Position numbers and translations under genes: made by a program
Assembly (NCBI GenBank): GCA_046331405.1
Contig: JAXLQX010000010.1
Span: forward strand, 50,551 to 114,550
Direction of reading: 5' to 3'
DNA length: 64,000 nucleotides
DNA from: Thermoanaerobaculia bacterium
GTDB lineage: Bacteria > Acidobacteriota > Thermoanaerobaculia > Multivoradales > SZUA-115
Notes under the pieces: generated by a model
What the model was told of the DNA's origin: nothing
Seen by the model: the letters and a program-made list of their open reading frames with translations, nothing else
The model's database searches: none
In this document: positions 25,303 to 34,533 of the stretch, piece by piece
Position numbering within the stretch: the stretch's first letter is position 1
How the letters are laid out: every line of letters begins with the position of its first letter

Positions 25303-26232
25303 ATGATGAGAGCCCCGAGGAGCGTCTTCGCAAAGTGGGTGGTGAGCGTTGCTGCCATGGTCCTGGCACCCGCGGCGTGGGCGGGAGGAGCCTGGGTGCC
25401 TGAGGTGGGCCAGGGGGACGTCGAGCTCGGGGCCAGCCAGAAAACCGCTCATACCTCCTGGGATTCTCGCGGCAAGAGCTTCGTCAACAAGGTGGGGAGC
25501 ACCGGTCAGATTACCTATCATGACTTTCGCTACGCCTACCTCTCGGGCGAGGTCGGCTTGTTCAAGCGCCTCTCGACGCGCTTCCTCATGACGTATCTCG
25601 ACGGCTACGAGGGGCCGAACGGAGCGAAGGAAGAGAACGCAGGCCTTTCGGACGCCTGGTTCGGATTGAAATATGCCTTGAGCACAGGGCGGCTGCCGAT
25701 GGCGGTGGCGGTGACCTATCGCAGCTCCTACTTCTACGATCTACCCGGCGATTACGATCGCCATCTGTTCGACAGCCGGGGCCAGGTGAAAGGCGTGAGC
25801 CCGGAGTGGCGGGGATTGCTCAAGGAGGACTACGGCGTCTCCTACTTGATCAGCCAGTCGTTCCGTGAAGGCAGAGGTTGGTGGAACGTCGAAGTGGGTT
25901 ACACCTACCGCAAGGGCGCACCGGCGGATCAGATTCCCCTCTACTTCGACCTCGGTTATCCTCTGCCCTTCTGGCGCAGCGCCGTCAAGGCGACCTTCAG
26001 CCACATCCAATCCCGGGGCAACGACTCCCGGCGCGAGGCCAACGACCGCTTCGGCTCACGGCCGGGCTTCAACTTCAACAACGCCACCTATGGCCGGGGC
26101 GGGGTCTCCTGGCTCGTGCCCCTGGGCCGAGCGCAGAAGTGGAGCCTGGAGCTGGGCTACAACCAATGGCTCTACGGCCGCTCTTCGCGCCGCTACCAGG
26201 AACCGTATCTGTCGATCGGCCGCCGCTTCTGA
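25303..26232 (+). CDS. putative outer-membrane beta-barrel protein
   Basis: It has a signal peptide (VVSVAAMVLAPAAWAGG), alternating aromatic/polar strand-like segments and a C-terminal Phe (...LSIGRRF). GGAGGAAAGCG lies before the ATG. Confidence 0.55.
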   Translation: MMRAPRSVFAKWVVSVAAMVLAPAAWAGGAWVPEVGQGDVELGASQKTAHTSWDSRGKSFVNKVGSTGQITYHDFRYAYLSGEVGLFKRLSTRFLMTYLDGYEGPNGAKEENAGLSDAWFGLKYALSTGRLPMAVAVTYRSSYFYDLPGDYDRHLFDSRGQVKGVSPEWRGLLKEDYGVSYLISQSFREGRGWWNVEVGYTYRKGAPADQIPLYFDLGYPLPFWRSAVKATFSHIQSRGNDSRREANDRFGSRPGFNFNNATYGRGGVSWLVPLGRAQKWSLELGYNQWLYGRSSRRYQEPYLSIGRRF

Positions 26233-26250
26233 AGTCCCAGCCCGGAGCCC

Positions 26251-27354
26251 TCAGCTCTGGGGCGCGACGTCCAGCCGGTGGCCCTTGCGGCCGCCTCGAG
26301 CGTGAGGTGCCTCGGCCAGGCTGCCCGCCACCAACAGTCGGGCCATGCTCACCGTGCGCTCGGCGAGGGCCCGGGCGGCGGCATGGAGCTCCTCGCTCGC
26401 GGCGACGTAGCGCACGTTGTTCTCCATGTCCTCGGCGCTCCAGCCACGGGAGTGGGCGATGTAGGGGAAGGGTGGAAACTGGCAGCCGATCTCGGCGAAG
26501 AAGCCCAGCAGCTGCCCGGCCACGGCCTGAACGTTGTCCTGGCCGCCGGTGATGATGAAAGCAGCGGCCTTGTTGACGATCAGGTGCCGGCGGGCGATGG
26601 TCTCCTGATTCTGGATGCAATTCATCCGCTCGACCATCTTGTAGTAGAGGCTCGAGGCCGCGCCCCAGCGAATCGGCGTGGCCACCAGCACGGCGTCCGC
26701 CCAATGCACCAGGGCCTCGTAGACTTGCTCCATCTGGTCCCGGCGATCCATCTGGGTGATCGAGCAGGGCCAGGTGCAGGCTCGAGCTCCCTTCGAGTAG
26801 AAGCCCTCGCAGGCTCGGAAGGAGAGCTCCCGCAGATCGATTCGTTTCGTCTCGCAGCCGAGGCTCGCAGCGTGCTCGAGGGCTGAGGCCAAGAGAGCAT
26901 CCGAGGTGGAATAGCGCGGCTCGCCCGGGGTCATCACCGTGGTGGAGAGGCCCAGCACCCGGATCGGCCCGGCCTCGCGGACCACCGGGCGCGCGAGCGG
27001 ATGCGGAGCGTGGGGCTTGCGGCTCCTGGGCGTGGGATTGGCGAGGTCCACGAGCACCCGCCCGCCCTCCACCTTCAGCGGGTAGGTCGGCACGCGGTCC
27101 TCCTCGAAGCCGGGCTCGCCCATTCCCGTGGCGCGATGGAACTTCCAGTAGTGCCAGGGGCAAACCACGTAGTCGCCCTCGAGGCGGCCGTCGCCCAGCG
27201 GGCCGCCGGCGTGGTTGCAGCTGCCGGAGAGGGCTGTGAGCTCACCGTTGCGGTAGCACAGGGCGAGTCTCACCCGCCGCACGGTCATCGACTGCAATTC
27301 GCGCCTGGAAAGCTCTTCGAACGACCCGAGATCGATCCATTCCGGTTCAGCCAT
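26251..27354 (-). CDS. Rieske [2Fe-2S] domain fused to a flavodoxin-like/NAD(P)H-dependent FMN reductase domain
   Basis: The N-terminal Rieske motifs are CNHAGGPL...CPWHYWKF. The C-terminal part reads IRVLGLSTT...ADAVLVATPIRWGAASSLYKMVERM..., like iron-sulfur flavoprotein/FMN-reductase folds. It starts at internal ATG 27354. Confidence 0.7.
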   Translation of the reverse strand: MAEPEWIDLGSFEELSRRELQSMTVRRVRLALCYRNGELTALSGSCNHAGGPLGDGRLEGDYVVCPWHYWKFHRATGMGEPGFEEDRVPTYPLKVEGGRVLVDLANPTPRSRKPHAPHPLARPVVREAGPIRVLGLSTTVMTPGEPRYSTSDALLASALEHAASLGCETKRIDLRELSFRACEGFYSKGARACTWPCSITQMDRRDQMEQVYEALVHWADAVLVATPIRWGAASSLYYKMVERMNCIQNQETIARRHLIVNKAAAFIITGGQDNVQAVAGQLLGFFAEIGCQFPPFPYIAHSRGWSAEDMENNVRYVAASEELHAAARALAERTVSMARLLVAGSLAEAPHARGGRKGHRLDVAPQS

Positions 27355-27512
27355 GGTGGCGCTATCCTCTGCCAAACCTCGATGGGCGACAAGGGCTGAA
27401 ACCCGGACGCCGTCGTTGCATCCAAGGCTGGGACGGGACGCTGGCTCGGGATCTGCACCTGCAGTGGGCTTTCCGTAGATCAACCCTAGACGGATGGAGG
27501 CTCGAGAACAGG

Positions 27513-28352
27513 ATGGAAGCTCAGAGCGTGCAGGACAACCCCGGCGGGCGTTATCGCCCGCTCCTCGGCCAGCGGGCGATCGTCACCGGCGCCAACTCGG
27601 GAATCGGCCTGGCGGTGGCCAAGGAGCTCGCGCGAGCGGGCGCAGCCGTAGCCGTGAACTACGTGCGGGCGCCGGAAGCGGCCCAACAGGTGGTGGAGGA
27701 GATCGTGGCCGAAGGCGGCAAGGCGATCCCGGTCTATGCGGACGTCTCCAAGGAGGAGGAAGTCCAGGCGATGTTCCGAGAGGTGGTCGAGCGGTTCGGC
27801 AGCGTGGACATTCTGGTGGCCAACGCCGGCCTGCAGCGAGATTCGCCGTTCGAGCAGATGTCGCTCGCCGACTGGAACTTCGTGCTCTCCGTCAATTTGA
27901 CCGGCCAGTTCCTCTGCGCCCGAGAGGCGGCTCGGGAGTTTCTGCGCCGCGGGCCGGTGCCGGAGCTCTCCCGTTCCCTGGGCAAGATCCTCTGCGTTTC
28001 CTCCGTGCATGACTGCATTCCCTGGGCCGGCCACGCCAACTACGCCGCCTCCAAGGGTGGCGTCATGCTGCTGATGAAGACCATGGCCCAGGAGCTCGCG
28101 CCCAAGGGCATCCGGGTCAACAGCATCTCGCCGGGGGCCATCAAGACGCCGATCAACCACACTGCCTGGGAAACCCCCGAGGCCGAGCACGCGCTGCTCA
28201 AGCTGATCCCCTACGGCCGAGTAGGCGAGCCGGTCGACATCGGCCGAGCGGCCGTCTGGCTGGCCTCCGACGACGCCGACTACGTCACCGGGACCACCCT
28301 CTACGTCGACGGCGGCATGACCCTCTACCCGGAGTTCCGCACCGGCGGCTGA
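27513..28352 (+). CDS. SDR-family oxidoreductase (glucose 1-dehydrogenase-like)
   Basis: It has VTGANSGIGLAVA (TGxxxGxG), NAG and the SSV...YAASKGG catalytic Ser-Tyr-Lys pattern, plus PGAIKTP. Confidence 0.9.
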   Translation: MEAQSVQDNPGGRYRPLLGQRAIVTGANSGIGLAVAKELARAGAAVAVNYVRAPEAAQQVVEEIVAEGGKAIPVYADVSKEEEVQAMFREVVERFGSVDILVANAGLQRDSPFEQMSLADWNFVLSVNLTGQFLCAREAAREFLRRGPVPELSRSLGKILCVSSVHDCIPWAGHANYAASKGGVMLLMKTMAQELAPKGIRVNSISPGAIKTPINHTAWETPEAEHALLKLIPYGRVGEPVDIGRAAVWLASDDADYVTGTTLYVDGGMTLYPEFRTGG

Positions 28353-28384
28353 AGCCCGGAGCCGGCTCGGTCGAAGGAGAAGGC

Positions 28385-28609
28385 GTGGACATCTCCACCG
28401 CACAGGCTCTGGTGCTCGGGCTCGGGCTTTACACCGGCCTGGGAGTGCTGGTCGCTCTCCCCTTCGTGCTTCGGGGGGCAGGGCGGGTGGACCCGGGCGC
28501 TGAGCGAGCTCCGTGGAGCTTCCGCCTGCTGATCCTGCCGGGAGCGGTCGCCCTGTGGCCGCTGGTGGCCCGCTGGTGGCTCCGGGCCCGCCGCCGGGAG
28601 GGGCCATGA
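28385..28609 (+). CDS. small membrane protein
   Basis: The GTG start follows AAGGAGAAGG. It has two predicted hydrophobic helices. Its stop overlaps the next start (ATGA). Confidence 0.5.
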   Translation: MDISTAQALVLGLGLYTGLGVLVALPFVLRGAGRVDPGAERAPWSFRLLILPGAVALWPLVARWWLRARRREGP

Positions 28610-28752
28610 TCGCGCCGCTGCGACGGTTCCATCGTTGGCTCTGGGTGGCCCTGGCCCTGGGCCTGCCCTGGTTGCTCTGGGCCGCGCTCGAGGCCCGGCC
28701 TCGGCCGACGGCCGTGGCACCGGCGAGACTCTCTGGAGAGCCCTCGCCGTGA
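28606..28752 (+). CDS. small membrane protein (48 aa)
   Basis: MIAPLRRFHRWLWVALALGLPWLLWAAL... forms one TM helix. It is coupled on both sides (ATGA upstream, GTGA downstream). Confidence 0.4.
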   Translation: MIAPLRRFHRWLWVALALGLPWLLWAALEARPRPTAVAPARLSGEPSP

Positions 28753-29843
28753 GCCACGGCTACAAGGCGGTGGGCTGGAACCGCCAGAAGCGGCTCTACG
28801 ACGGCGTTCTCGCCGCCGGCGTGGCGACCTACCTGCTGCTTTTCTGCGGCGGGATGCTGCTCACCCGGGACACCGCCACCCTCGAAACCGCCCTGATTCG
28901 TGACCTGGGTACCTGCGCCCTCCTGCTGCTTCACGTGGTGCTCGTAGTCGGGCCCCTCGCGCGCCTCGACCGCCGTTTCCTGCCCCTGCTCTACAACCGG
29001 CGCCATCTGGGCGTGACCACCTTCCTGCTCGGGCTTGCCCACGGGACGTTCGCCCTGGTGCAGTACCACGCGGGGGGCAACCGTCCCTGGCTGGTGAGCC
29101 TGCTCTCGGCCAATCCGCGCCTCGGCAGCTTCTCCCAGTTCCCCTTCGAGCTCCTCGGGGTGCTCGCCCTCTTGATCCTCTTCCTGATGGCCGCCACCAG
29201 CCACGACTTCTGGCTCGCCAACCTCGGCGCGCCGGTGTGGAAGGCGCTGCATATGGCGGTCTATCTCGCCTACGCCCTGCTGATCGCCCACGTGGCGCTC
29301 GGCGTGCTCCAGGCCGAGACCCACCCGGCTCTGGCCGGGGCCCTGGTAGCAGGGGCGAGCACGGTCGTGGGGCTTCACCTTCTCGCGGGTTGGCGGGAGC
29401 GGGCCGGGGACCGGCCGGCCGAGGCACGCCTGCCGAGCTCGAGCGAGGCAGACGGCGGCTTCCTCGAGGTTTGCCGGCTGGGCGAGATCCCGGAGAAGCG
29501 GGCGCGCATCGTGACCGTCGGCGGCGAGCGGGTGGCGGTCTTCCGCTACGACGGCAAGGTCTCGGCCGTTTCCAACGTCTGCCGGCACCAGAACGGCCCC
29601 CTCGGCGAAGGGCGGATCGTGGGCGGCTGCATCACCTGCCCCTGGCACGGCTACCAGTACCTGCCGGAAACCGGCAGCTCGCCGCCTCCTTTCGCAGAGA
29701 AGGTGCCCACCTATCGCGTTCGCCTCGAGGGGGATCGAGTGCTGGTCCACCCCTTCGCCCACCCTCCCGGCACCCGCCAGGAGCCTGCCTGTTCCGACAT
29801 GGCCACTCTAGCGACGGCGCCGCCGGCTTCGATCGAGAGCTGA
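28749..29843 (+). CDS. ferric-reductase-like transmembrane domain fused to a C-terminal Rieske [2Fe-2S] domain
   Basis: There are six hydrophobic helices with conserved His residues (LLLLHVVLVVGP, GLAHGTFAL, ATSHDFW, LIAHVALG). These are followed by CRHQNGPL...CPWHGYQY. I take the start as GTG 28749, which overlaps the preceding stop. Confidence 0.7.
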   Translation: MSHGYKAVGWNRQKRLYDGVLAAGVATYLLLFCGGMLLTRDTATLETALIRDLGTCALLLLHVVLVVGPLARLDRRFLPLLYNRRHLGVTTFLLGLAHGTFALVQYHAGGNRPWLVSLLSANPRLGSFSQFPFELLGVLALLILFLMAATSHDFWLANLGAPVWKALHMAVYLAYALLIAHVALGVLQAETHPALAGALVAGASTVVGLHLLAGWRERAGDRPAEARLPSSSEADGGFLEVCRLGEIPEKRARIVTVGGERVAVFRYDGKVSAVSNVCRHQNGPLGEGRIVGGCITCPWHGYQYLPETGSSPPPFAEKVPTYRVRLEGDRVLVHPFAHPPGTRQEPACSDMATLATAPPASIES

Positions 29844-29847
29844 GACC

Positions 29848-30630
29848 ATGCCCCAGCCACACCCGCTTGCCCAGCTGCCGCCGGTCGAAGAAGAGGGGGA
29901 TTTCTACGTCGGCTACTACCGCCAGGCGCCCCCGAGCCGAGCCCGCTGGGTGCAGCGAGCCGTGGCTCTGTTGGGCCTGGTGGCCTGCGGCTTGGCCCTG
30001 CTCTTTGCGTTCGCCCAGGCACCCTCTCCTCCGGCCCGTTTCGAGGCGAGTCAGCTCGAGACCTTCGAGGGCACTCTCGAGCTCCGCCCCCACCCCACCC
30101 TCTGGCTGGCCTCGCCGAGCCCTGGCCCGGCGCCGGCCTGGAGTCTCCTGGTGGCGCCGGGCAAGCACGGTGCCGAGGCCCTCGTGGCCGGCCTCAATGG
30201 CCGCGCCATCCGCCTCCAGGGCCGACCGATCCGGCGCGAAGGTGGGCTGATGATCGAGGTCGAGCCCGGAACGGTGGAGCCGCTTCCGGGCCCTGCCGCG
30301 ACCGCGCCGGCGCGTCGATCGCTGGGCAGGATCGAGCTCGAAGGGGAGATCGTCGACGGCAAGTGCTACCTGGGCGCAATGGTGCCGGGCGAGGGCAAGC
30401 CGCACCGGGGCTGCGCGGCGCGTTGCATCTCCGGCGGCGCGCCGCCGCTCCTGCGAGTGCGCGCCGAGAACGGGCCGGCTTTCCAGGTGCTCCTCATGGC
30501 GGAGGACGGCGGGCCCCTGGGGCCGGAGATCCTGCCGTTCGTGGCGGAACCGGTGCGAGTGAAGGGCACCCTCTACCGCCAGGGCTCGCGCTTGGTGCTG
30601 GCCCTCGGCGGCGCCATCGAGCGCCTCTGA
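29848..30630 (+). CDS. hypothetical membrane-anchored protein
   Basis: The ATG lies 4 nt after the previous stop. It has one TM helix (AVALLGLVACGLALLFAFA) and contains CYLGAMVPGEGKPHRGCAARCISGG. No family is recognised. Confidence 0.55.
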   Translation: MPQPHPLAQLPPVEEEGDFYVGYYRQAPPSRARWVQRAVALLGLVACGLALLFAFAQAPSPPARFEASQLETFEGTLELRPHPTLWLASPSPGPAPAWSLLVAPGKHGAEALVAGLNGRAIRLQGRPIRREGGLMIEVEPGTVEPLPGPAATAPARRSLGRIELEGEIVDGKCYLGAMVPGEGKPHRGCAARCISGGAPPLLRVRAENGPAFQVLLMAEDGGPLGPEILPFVAEPVRVKGTLYRQGSRLVLALGGAIERL

Positions 30631-30649
30631 GGGGAGCAGGCTTCGGCCC

Positions 30650-30688
30650 CTAGAACGACAAAAGCCGCCCCGCAGGAGCGAGGCGGCT
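30650..30688 (-). terminator. intrinsic terminator of the IPTL-CTERM protein gene
   Basis: On the minus strand, the stem AGCCGCC / GGCGGCT (7 bp, 12-nt loop) is followed by TTTGTCGTTCT. It sits 24 nt after the TAG stop. Confidence 0.55.
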
Positions 30689-30711
30689 CGAAGAGCAGGC
30701 CAGGCCGGAGC

Positions 30712-31839
30712 CTAGCTGCTGCGGCGCTGAAGCAGGATCAGACCGGCGGCTGCCAGCAGGGCGAAGAGCACGCCCAGGCCCACCCAGTTCAAGGTCGGAA
30801 CCGAGAGGGTGGTGAAGCCGGCCTCGAGGGTCACCGTCGAAGTGTTGTTGGCCGGGGTCGGGTCGTTGCTGGTGCCGGTGATCGTGGCGGTGTTGGCGAC
30901 GGCTCCGGGCGTACCCACCGTGGCGGTGACGTTGCACACCACCGAGGCCCCGTTCGCCAGGTTGCCGATGTTCCAGGTGAAAGGCGGGTTGTTGGTGCCG
31001 CCGCAGTCGTTCGAGGAGTACATCAGGCTCGCGGGCAGGGTGTCGGTCACCACCACGCCGGTGGCGTTGGAGGGACCGTTGTTGGTGGCCGTCAGGGTGT
31101 AGACCACCTGGTTGCCGTTGGCGACACCGGTCTTGGTGAGAGCCAAGTCAGCATCCAGACCCCCCACTTGGCCCCAGATGGAGAACAGCAAGTCCGGGCT
31201 GGCGCCGCCGCCCACGCCGCAGGTGCGCTGAGGAGTGAACGTGGTGCAGCCGGTGGCGAAGCCGTCGCCCGGGTTACGCCAAACGGACTCGCTGTTCGTC
31301 TGGGTGCTGCGGTTGCTCCAGAAGTGCTGGCCGAAAGAGCCGAAGTTCTGGTTGGTCTGGATGCGCACCCAGTGGGTGGCCGGGCCGAGGATGCAGGGCG
31401 TGGGGAGGTTGATCATGAAGGAACCGGCCGCGTCCGTGGGGCTGATGCCGGTGTAGGTGCATTCCGCAGCGCCGGGGAGGTCCGGGTTGCCACCACCGGC
31501 GGCGTTGGCGAAGAAGGTCACCGAGACCGTGGAACCGCCGGCGGTGCCCGTGGTGCCCACGGTGCGCACTTGCTCGACCGTCCAGCCTGAAGCGTCCGTC
31601 ACCACGAAGTCGTCCGCTGCCTCGGAGTCGTAGGCGTCGAAGCTCGCCTCGAAGTCCTGGTCCGGCACGCCGTTGCCCGCCGGGTTGTTGGTCTGGTCGT
31701 AGAGCAGGACCGGGACTCCATTGGGTGCGTTGGAGACGGCTCCGGTGCCGCCGGCGGCTTTCTGCAGCGCTGCCGACGAGGGAAGTGCCAGGACCACGGC
31801 CAGCGCTGCGCAGATCGAGCTCGTAGTGACGGTTTTCAC
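30712..31839 (-). CDS. secreted DUF11-repeat protein with an IPTL-CTERM sorting signal
   Basis: GTG 31839 gives the signal peptide KTVTTSSICAALAVVLALPSSAA. The DUF11-type repeat reads DLALTKTGVANGNQVVYTLTATNNGPSNATGVVVTDTLP. The C-terminus is VPTLNWVGLGVLFALLAAAGLILLQRR. ATG 31926 is an alternative start. Confidence 0.7.
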   Translation of the reverse strand: MKTVTTSSICAALAVVLALPSSAALQKAAGGTGAVSNAPNGVPVLLYDQTNNPAGNGVPDQDFEASFDAYDSEAADDFVVTDASGWTVEQVRTVGTTGTAGGSTVSVTFFANAAGGGNPDLPGAAECTYTGISPTDAAGSFMINLPTPCILGPATHWVRIQTNQNFGSFGQHFWSNRSTQTNSESVWRNPGDGFATGCTTFTPQRTCGVGGGASPDLLFSIWGQVGGLDADLALTKTGVANGNQVVYTLTATNNGPSNATGVVVTDTLPASLMYSSNDCGGTNNPPFTWNIGNLANGASVVCNVTATVGTPGAVANTATITGTSNDPTPANNTSTVTLEAGFTTLSVPTLNWVGLGVLFALLAAAGLILLQRRSS

Positions 31840-31954
31840 GGCTTCTTGCCCCCCACAGGTAAGTGGTTTCGAGGGATTCTTTCCGAGCCCACAGCCGATG
31901 TCAACTCCGCGCGAAAGGATTCTCATTTTCAAGCTCGCTTTCGGCCCGGTGGGC

Positions 31955-33916
31955 TCAGAGCCGAGTTTCGGAAGATTTTCGTAATCGCTCGATATTCTTT
32001 CGAAACAGGGCGTTCTCCGGCTCGATCTCGAGAGCTTTTTCGAGGGCCTCGAGGGCAGCTTTCCGGTCCCCCGAGAGGTAGGCCACGTTCGCCAGCTGCT
32101 GGTAGACCGCCGCTGCTCGAGGAGCGAGTCGCAGCGCCTCTTCGGCGAGCTGTTTGGCCAGCGGGTAGTCGCCGCGCCGCATCGCGGCGGAGGACTCGGC
32201 CAGCTTTCGGCTCGCCTCGGGGTGTGCCTGGGCGAACTCGTCCACCAGCGCTCCGAGGCGCGCCAGGGCCTGGCGGGAGGGCTGGTAGTCCGAGTCGTAC
32301 CTGAGAGCCCGCCGGTAGTCGGCGATCGCCTCCTGGCGCTTGCCCTGGCGCTCGAGCAGGATGGCGCGATTGTGGTACGCCGGGACGAAGATCGGGTCAA
32401 TCTCGAGGGCTCGGGCGAAGTGGCCGAGGGCTTCTTCGCCGCGCCCTTGCCCGGCGAGAGCGCTGGCCAGGCCGGTCTCGAGGGCAGCGTCCTCGGGGCG
32501 GGCCGCGAGCAGCAAGGTGAAGGCGTCCGCGGCCTCCTGGTAGCGGTGGTCCTTCAAGGCGAGGAAGGCGAGGTTGCGGTCGTTCGAGGCCGAGCTCGCG
32601 TTGCCCAGATAGCCCAGGCTCTTCAGCCGCCGGATCACCTCTTGATCCACTTGCGTGTTGGCCGGCGCCGCGGGGAGTGAGGGAGAACCTCCGGCTGGCT
32701 CGTAGCTCGCGACCCGGGCGAGCTCGGGAACCTCCACCAGGGCCTCGCGCAGCACCCTTCCGGGCATGTCGGCCGCCGCCGGCAGCCCGGCCAGCGTGAG
32801 CAGGGTGGGTGCCACGTCCAGCACTTGGGGCTCCTCGAGGCGCGTTCCGGGGCGGATCCGGTGGCCGTAGAGAAAGAGCACTCCGTGGTCCCGGTGGTAG
32901 CGCTCGGAGACCCGTCGCATGTCCGCGAGCTTGCTGGGGTCGGTGGGCAGCTCGCCGAGCAGGAAGCCGTGGTCCGAGAGCACCACCAGGGTGGTGCGGG
33001 CATCGAGCTCGGCCAGGAGCTGGCCCACCCCTTGATCGGCCAGGGCGTAGACCGCCTCGACCGTGCCGCCGTAACGGGCCTGCTGGGCCGCCAGCTCGCC
33101 CGCGAGCGGCTGCTGGCGGAAGAGGTGGCCGAAGAGATGGGCCGTGGAGTCCGTGGCCTCGAGGTAGACCATCAGCAGCTCCGGGTGGTCCTCCCGCCAG
33201 AGCTTGAGACCGAGATCGCGATAGGAGAAGGCGGTGGCGAGCGCCCAGCGCAGGTGCCAGAGCTCGTCGGCGAAGTCGAACGGCCGAGCGAGCTCGGCCG
33301 CCGTCACCTGGGCGTAGGGGGCGAGGTCGGCCGCCCCGAGGTCGGCCGGGCGGCGCACCCGCGCCAGCAGTTCAGCCATGCGGGCAGCCGGGGAGACGAG
33401 CGCCGCGGAGACCTCCGAGCCCACTCCCTGCTTCTCGAGGAAGTGGTAGCAGGCGTGGTCGCTCACCACCACTCCGTTGACGTCCTCGGCCGGCCAGGTG
33501 GCCCACCAGCCCACCACTCCCACTTTCTTGCCGGCCTCCGAGAACAGGTTCCACAGGGCCTTCACCCGGCGCATGCGGCTGGTGACCGGGATCTCCTGGC
33601 CGTCGACGTCCACCGCCGTGAAATGGCCGATGCCGTGGGCCTCCGGCCGCTTGCCGGTGGCGATGGTGGTCCACACCACCGGCGAGAGAAGGGGCGGGTC
33701 CACATGGAGCGGGCCGTAGGCCCCCTCCCGCCGCAGCCGCGCCAGGTTGGGCAGCTTGCCCTCCCGCATCAGTCGGTCCATCGCCACCGGGTCGAAGCCG
33801 TCCAGCCCCAGGACCAGGAGACGCGAAGGCCCCGGCGCCGGGGCCTTGCCGCAGGCAGAGAGAGCGCACAGGCAGAGCCATGTGGCTGCGAGTCTGCTTC
33901 GAAGCCTAGCCCTCAT
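31955..33916 (-). CDS. lipoprotein: alkaline-phosphatase-superfamily phosphodiesterase domain plus C-terminal TPR repeats
   Basis: It starts at an internal ATG with a lipobox (MRARLRSRLAATWLCLCALSAC). LLVLGLDGFDP...LLSPVVWTTIATGKRPEAHGI is typical of type I phosphodiesterase/nucleotide pyrophosphatase-like proteins. The C-terminal roughly 230 aa is TPR. Confidence 0.75.
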   Translation of the reverse strand: MRARLRSRLAATWLCLCALSACGKAPAPGPSRLLVLGLDGFDPVAMDRLMREGKLPNLARLRREGAYGPLHVDPPLLSPVVWTTIATGKRPEAHGIGHFTAVDVDGQEIPVTSRMRRVKALWNLFSEAGKKVGVVGWWATWPAEDVNGVVVSDHACYHFLEKQGVGSEVSAALVSPAARMAELLARVRRPADLGAADLAPYAQVTAAELARPFDFADELWHLRWALATAFSYRDLGLKLWREDHPELLMVYLEATDSTAHLFGHLFRQQPLAGELAAQQARYGGTVEAVYALADQGVGQLLAELDARTTLVVLSDHGFLLGELPTDPSKLADMRRVSERYHRDHGVLFLYGHRIRPGTRLEEPQVLDVAPTLLTLAGLPAAADMPGRVLREALVEVPELARVASYEPAGGSPSLPAAPANTQVDQEVIRRLKSLGYLGNASSASNDRNLAFLALKDHRYQEAADAFTLLLAARPEDAALETGLASALAGQGRGEEALGHFARALEIDPIFVPAYHNRAILLERQGKRQEAIADYRRALRYDSDYQPSRQALARLGALVDEFAQAHPEASRKLAESSAAMRRGDYPLAKQLAEEALRLAPRAAAVYQQLANVAYLSGDRKAALEALEKALEIEPENALFRKNIERLRKSSETRL

Positions 33917-34533
33917 GGGCCGGTACCGGGTGCTGGCTGAGCGCCGAGCTCCGCGAGGAGGCGAGCGGCCGAAGGAGCGGCGCGCGCCACCAGCCCGGGG
34001 TCCAGCAGCCCGAGCAGCCGAAAGCTGTGCTCTCCTTTCGCATAACCGCCTTTGGCCGTCGGGCGAGCCGCCCGGTCGAGCCCAAAGAGCACTTCCTGCT
34101 TGCCGACCTTCTCCACCTCGTTGCCGGCGGGCAGGCTGCTGGTCTGGAAGCCCTGGCCGAAGTAGCGAGAGAGAGCCTCTCGGTCGGCCAAGAACCAGCT
34201 TTCCATGCACTGGACCATCAGCTGGCACTGTCCCTCCCTCGCGCCGCTCGGCCTCTTCCAGCCGTCCTGGGTGGAAAGATGGTCCCAAGGGTTGGCAGCC
34301 GACACCGGCCCTTCGGCGTCGACCAGCAAGATCGAGTCCCCTTCGGCTCGGGCCGCGGTACAAGCCAGTGCGAAACTCTTGAAAGCGTCAGTTCTCGCTC
34401 CGCATGCCACCACTCTTGGCATCCGGCCAGCCAGCCCGGCGCGGGAGAGGAACTGTGCGAAGCCCCGCCGGCACTGAGCCCGAAGAGCCTTCGACTGGCC
34501 GCCGCCTTCGACGTATAGCCGGACGCTTACCAT
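33913..34533 (-). CDS. DUF4276-like protein (predicted Toprim-like nuclease partner of the upstream ATPase)
   Basis: This 206-aa protein starts MVSVRLYVEGGGQSKALR... and later contains SILLVDAEGP. This is the acidic E...DxE pattern I associate with DUF4276/Toprim-like proteins. Its ATG overlaps the ATPase stop (ATGGTAA). Its own TGA overlaps the next ATG. Confidence 0.6.
   Translation of the reverse strand: MVSVRLYVEGGGQSKALRAQCRRGFAQFLSRAGLAGRMPRVVACGARTDAFKSFALACTAARAEGDSILLVDAEGPVSAANPWDHLSTQDGWKRPSGAREGQCQLMVQCMESWFLADREALSRYFGQGFQTSSLPAGNEVEKVGKQEVLFGLDRAARPTAKGGYAKGEHSFRLLGLLDPGLVARAAPSAARLLAELGAQPAPGTGP

Noticed and set aside
27486-29762. A 758-aa minus-strand ORF spanning the SDR and ferric-reductase-Rieske genes.
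   Set aside because: It is antisense to genes with clear motifs on the plus strand, and its composition is junk-like.
31840-32400. The long N-terminal extension of the IPTL-CTERM protein ORF (track start 32400, and ATG 31926).
   Set aside because: The extension overlaps the TPR-phosphodiesterase gene out of frame and is Ser/Arg/Thr/Pro junk. GTG 31839 yields a proper signal peptide.
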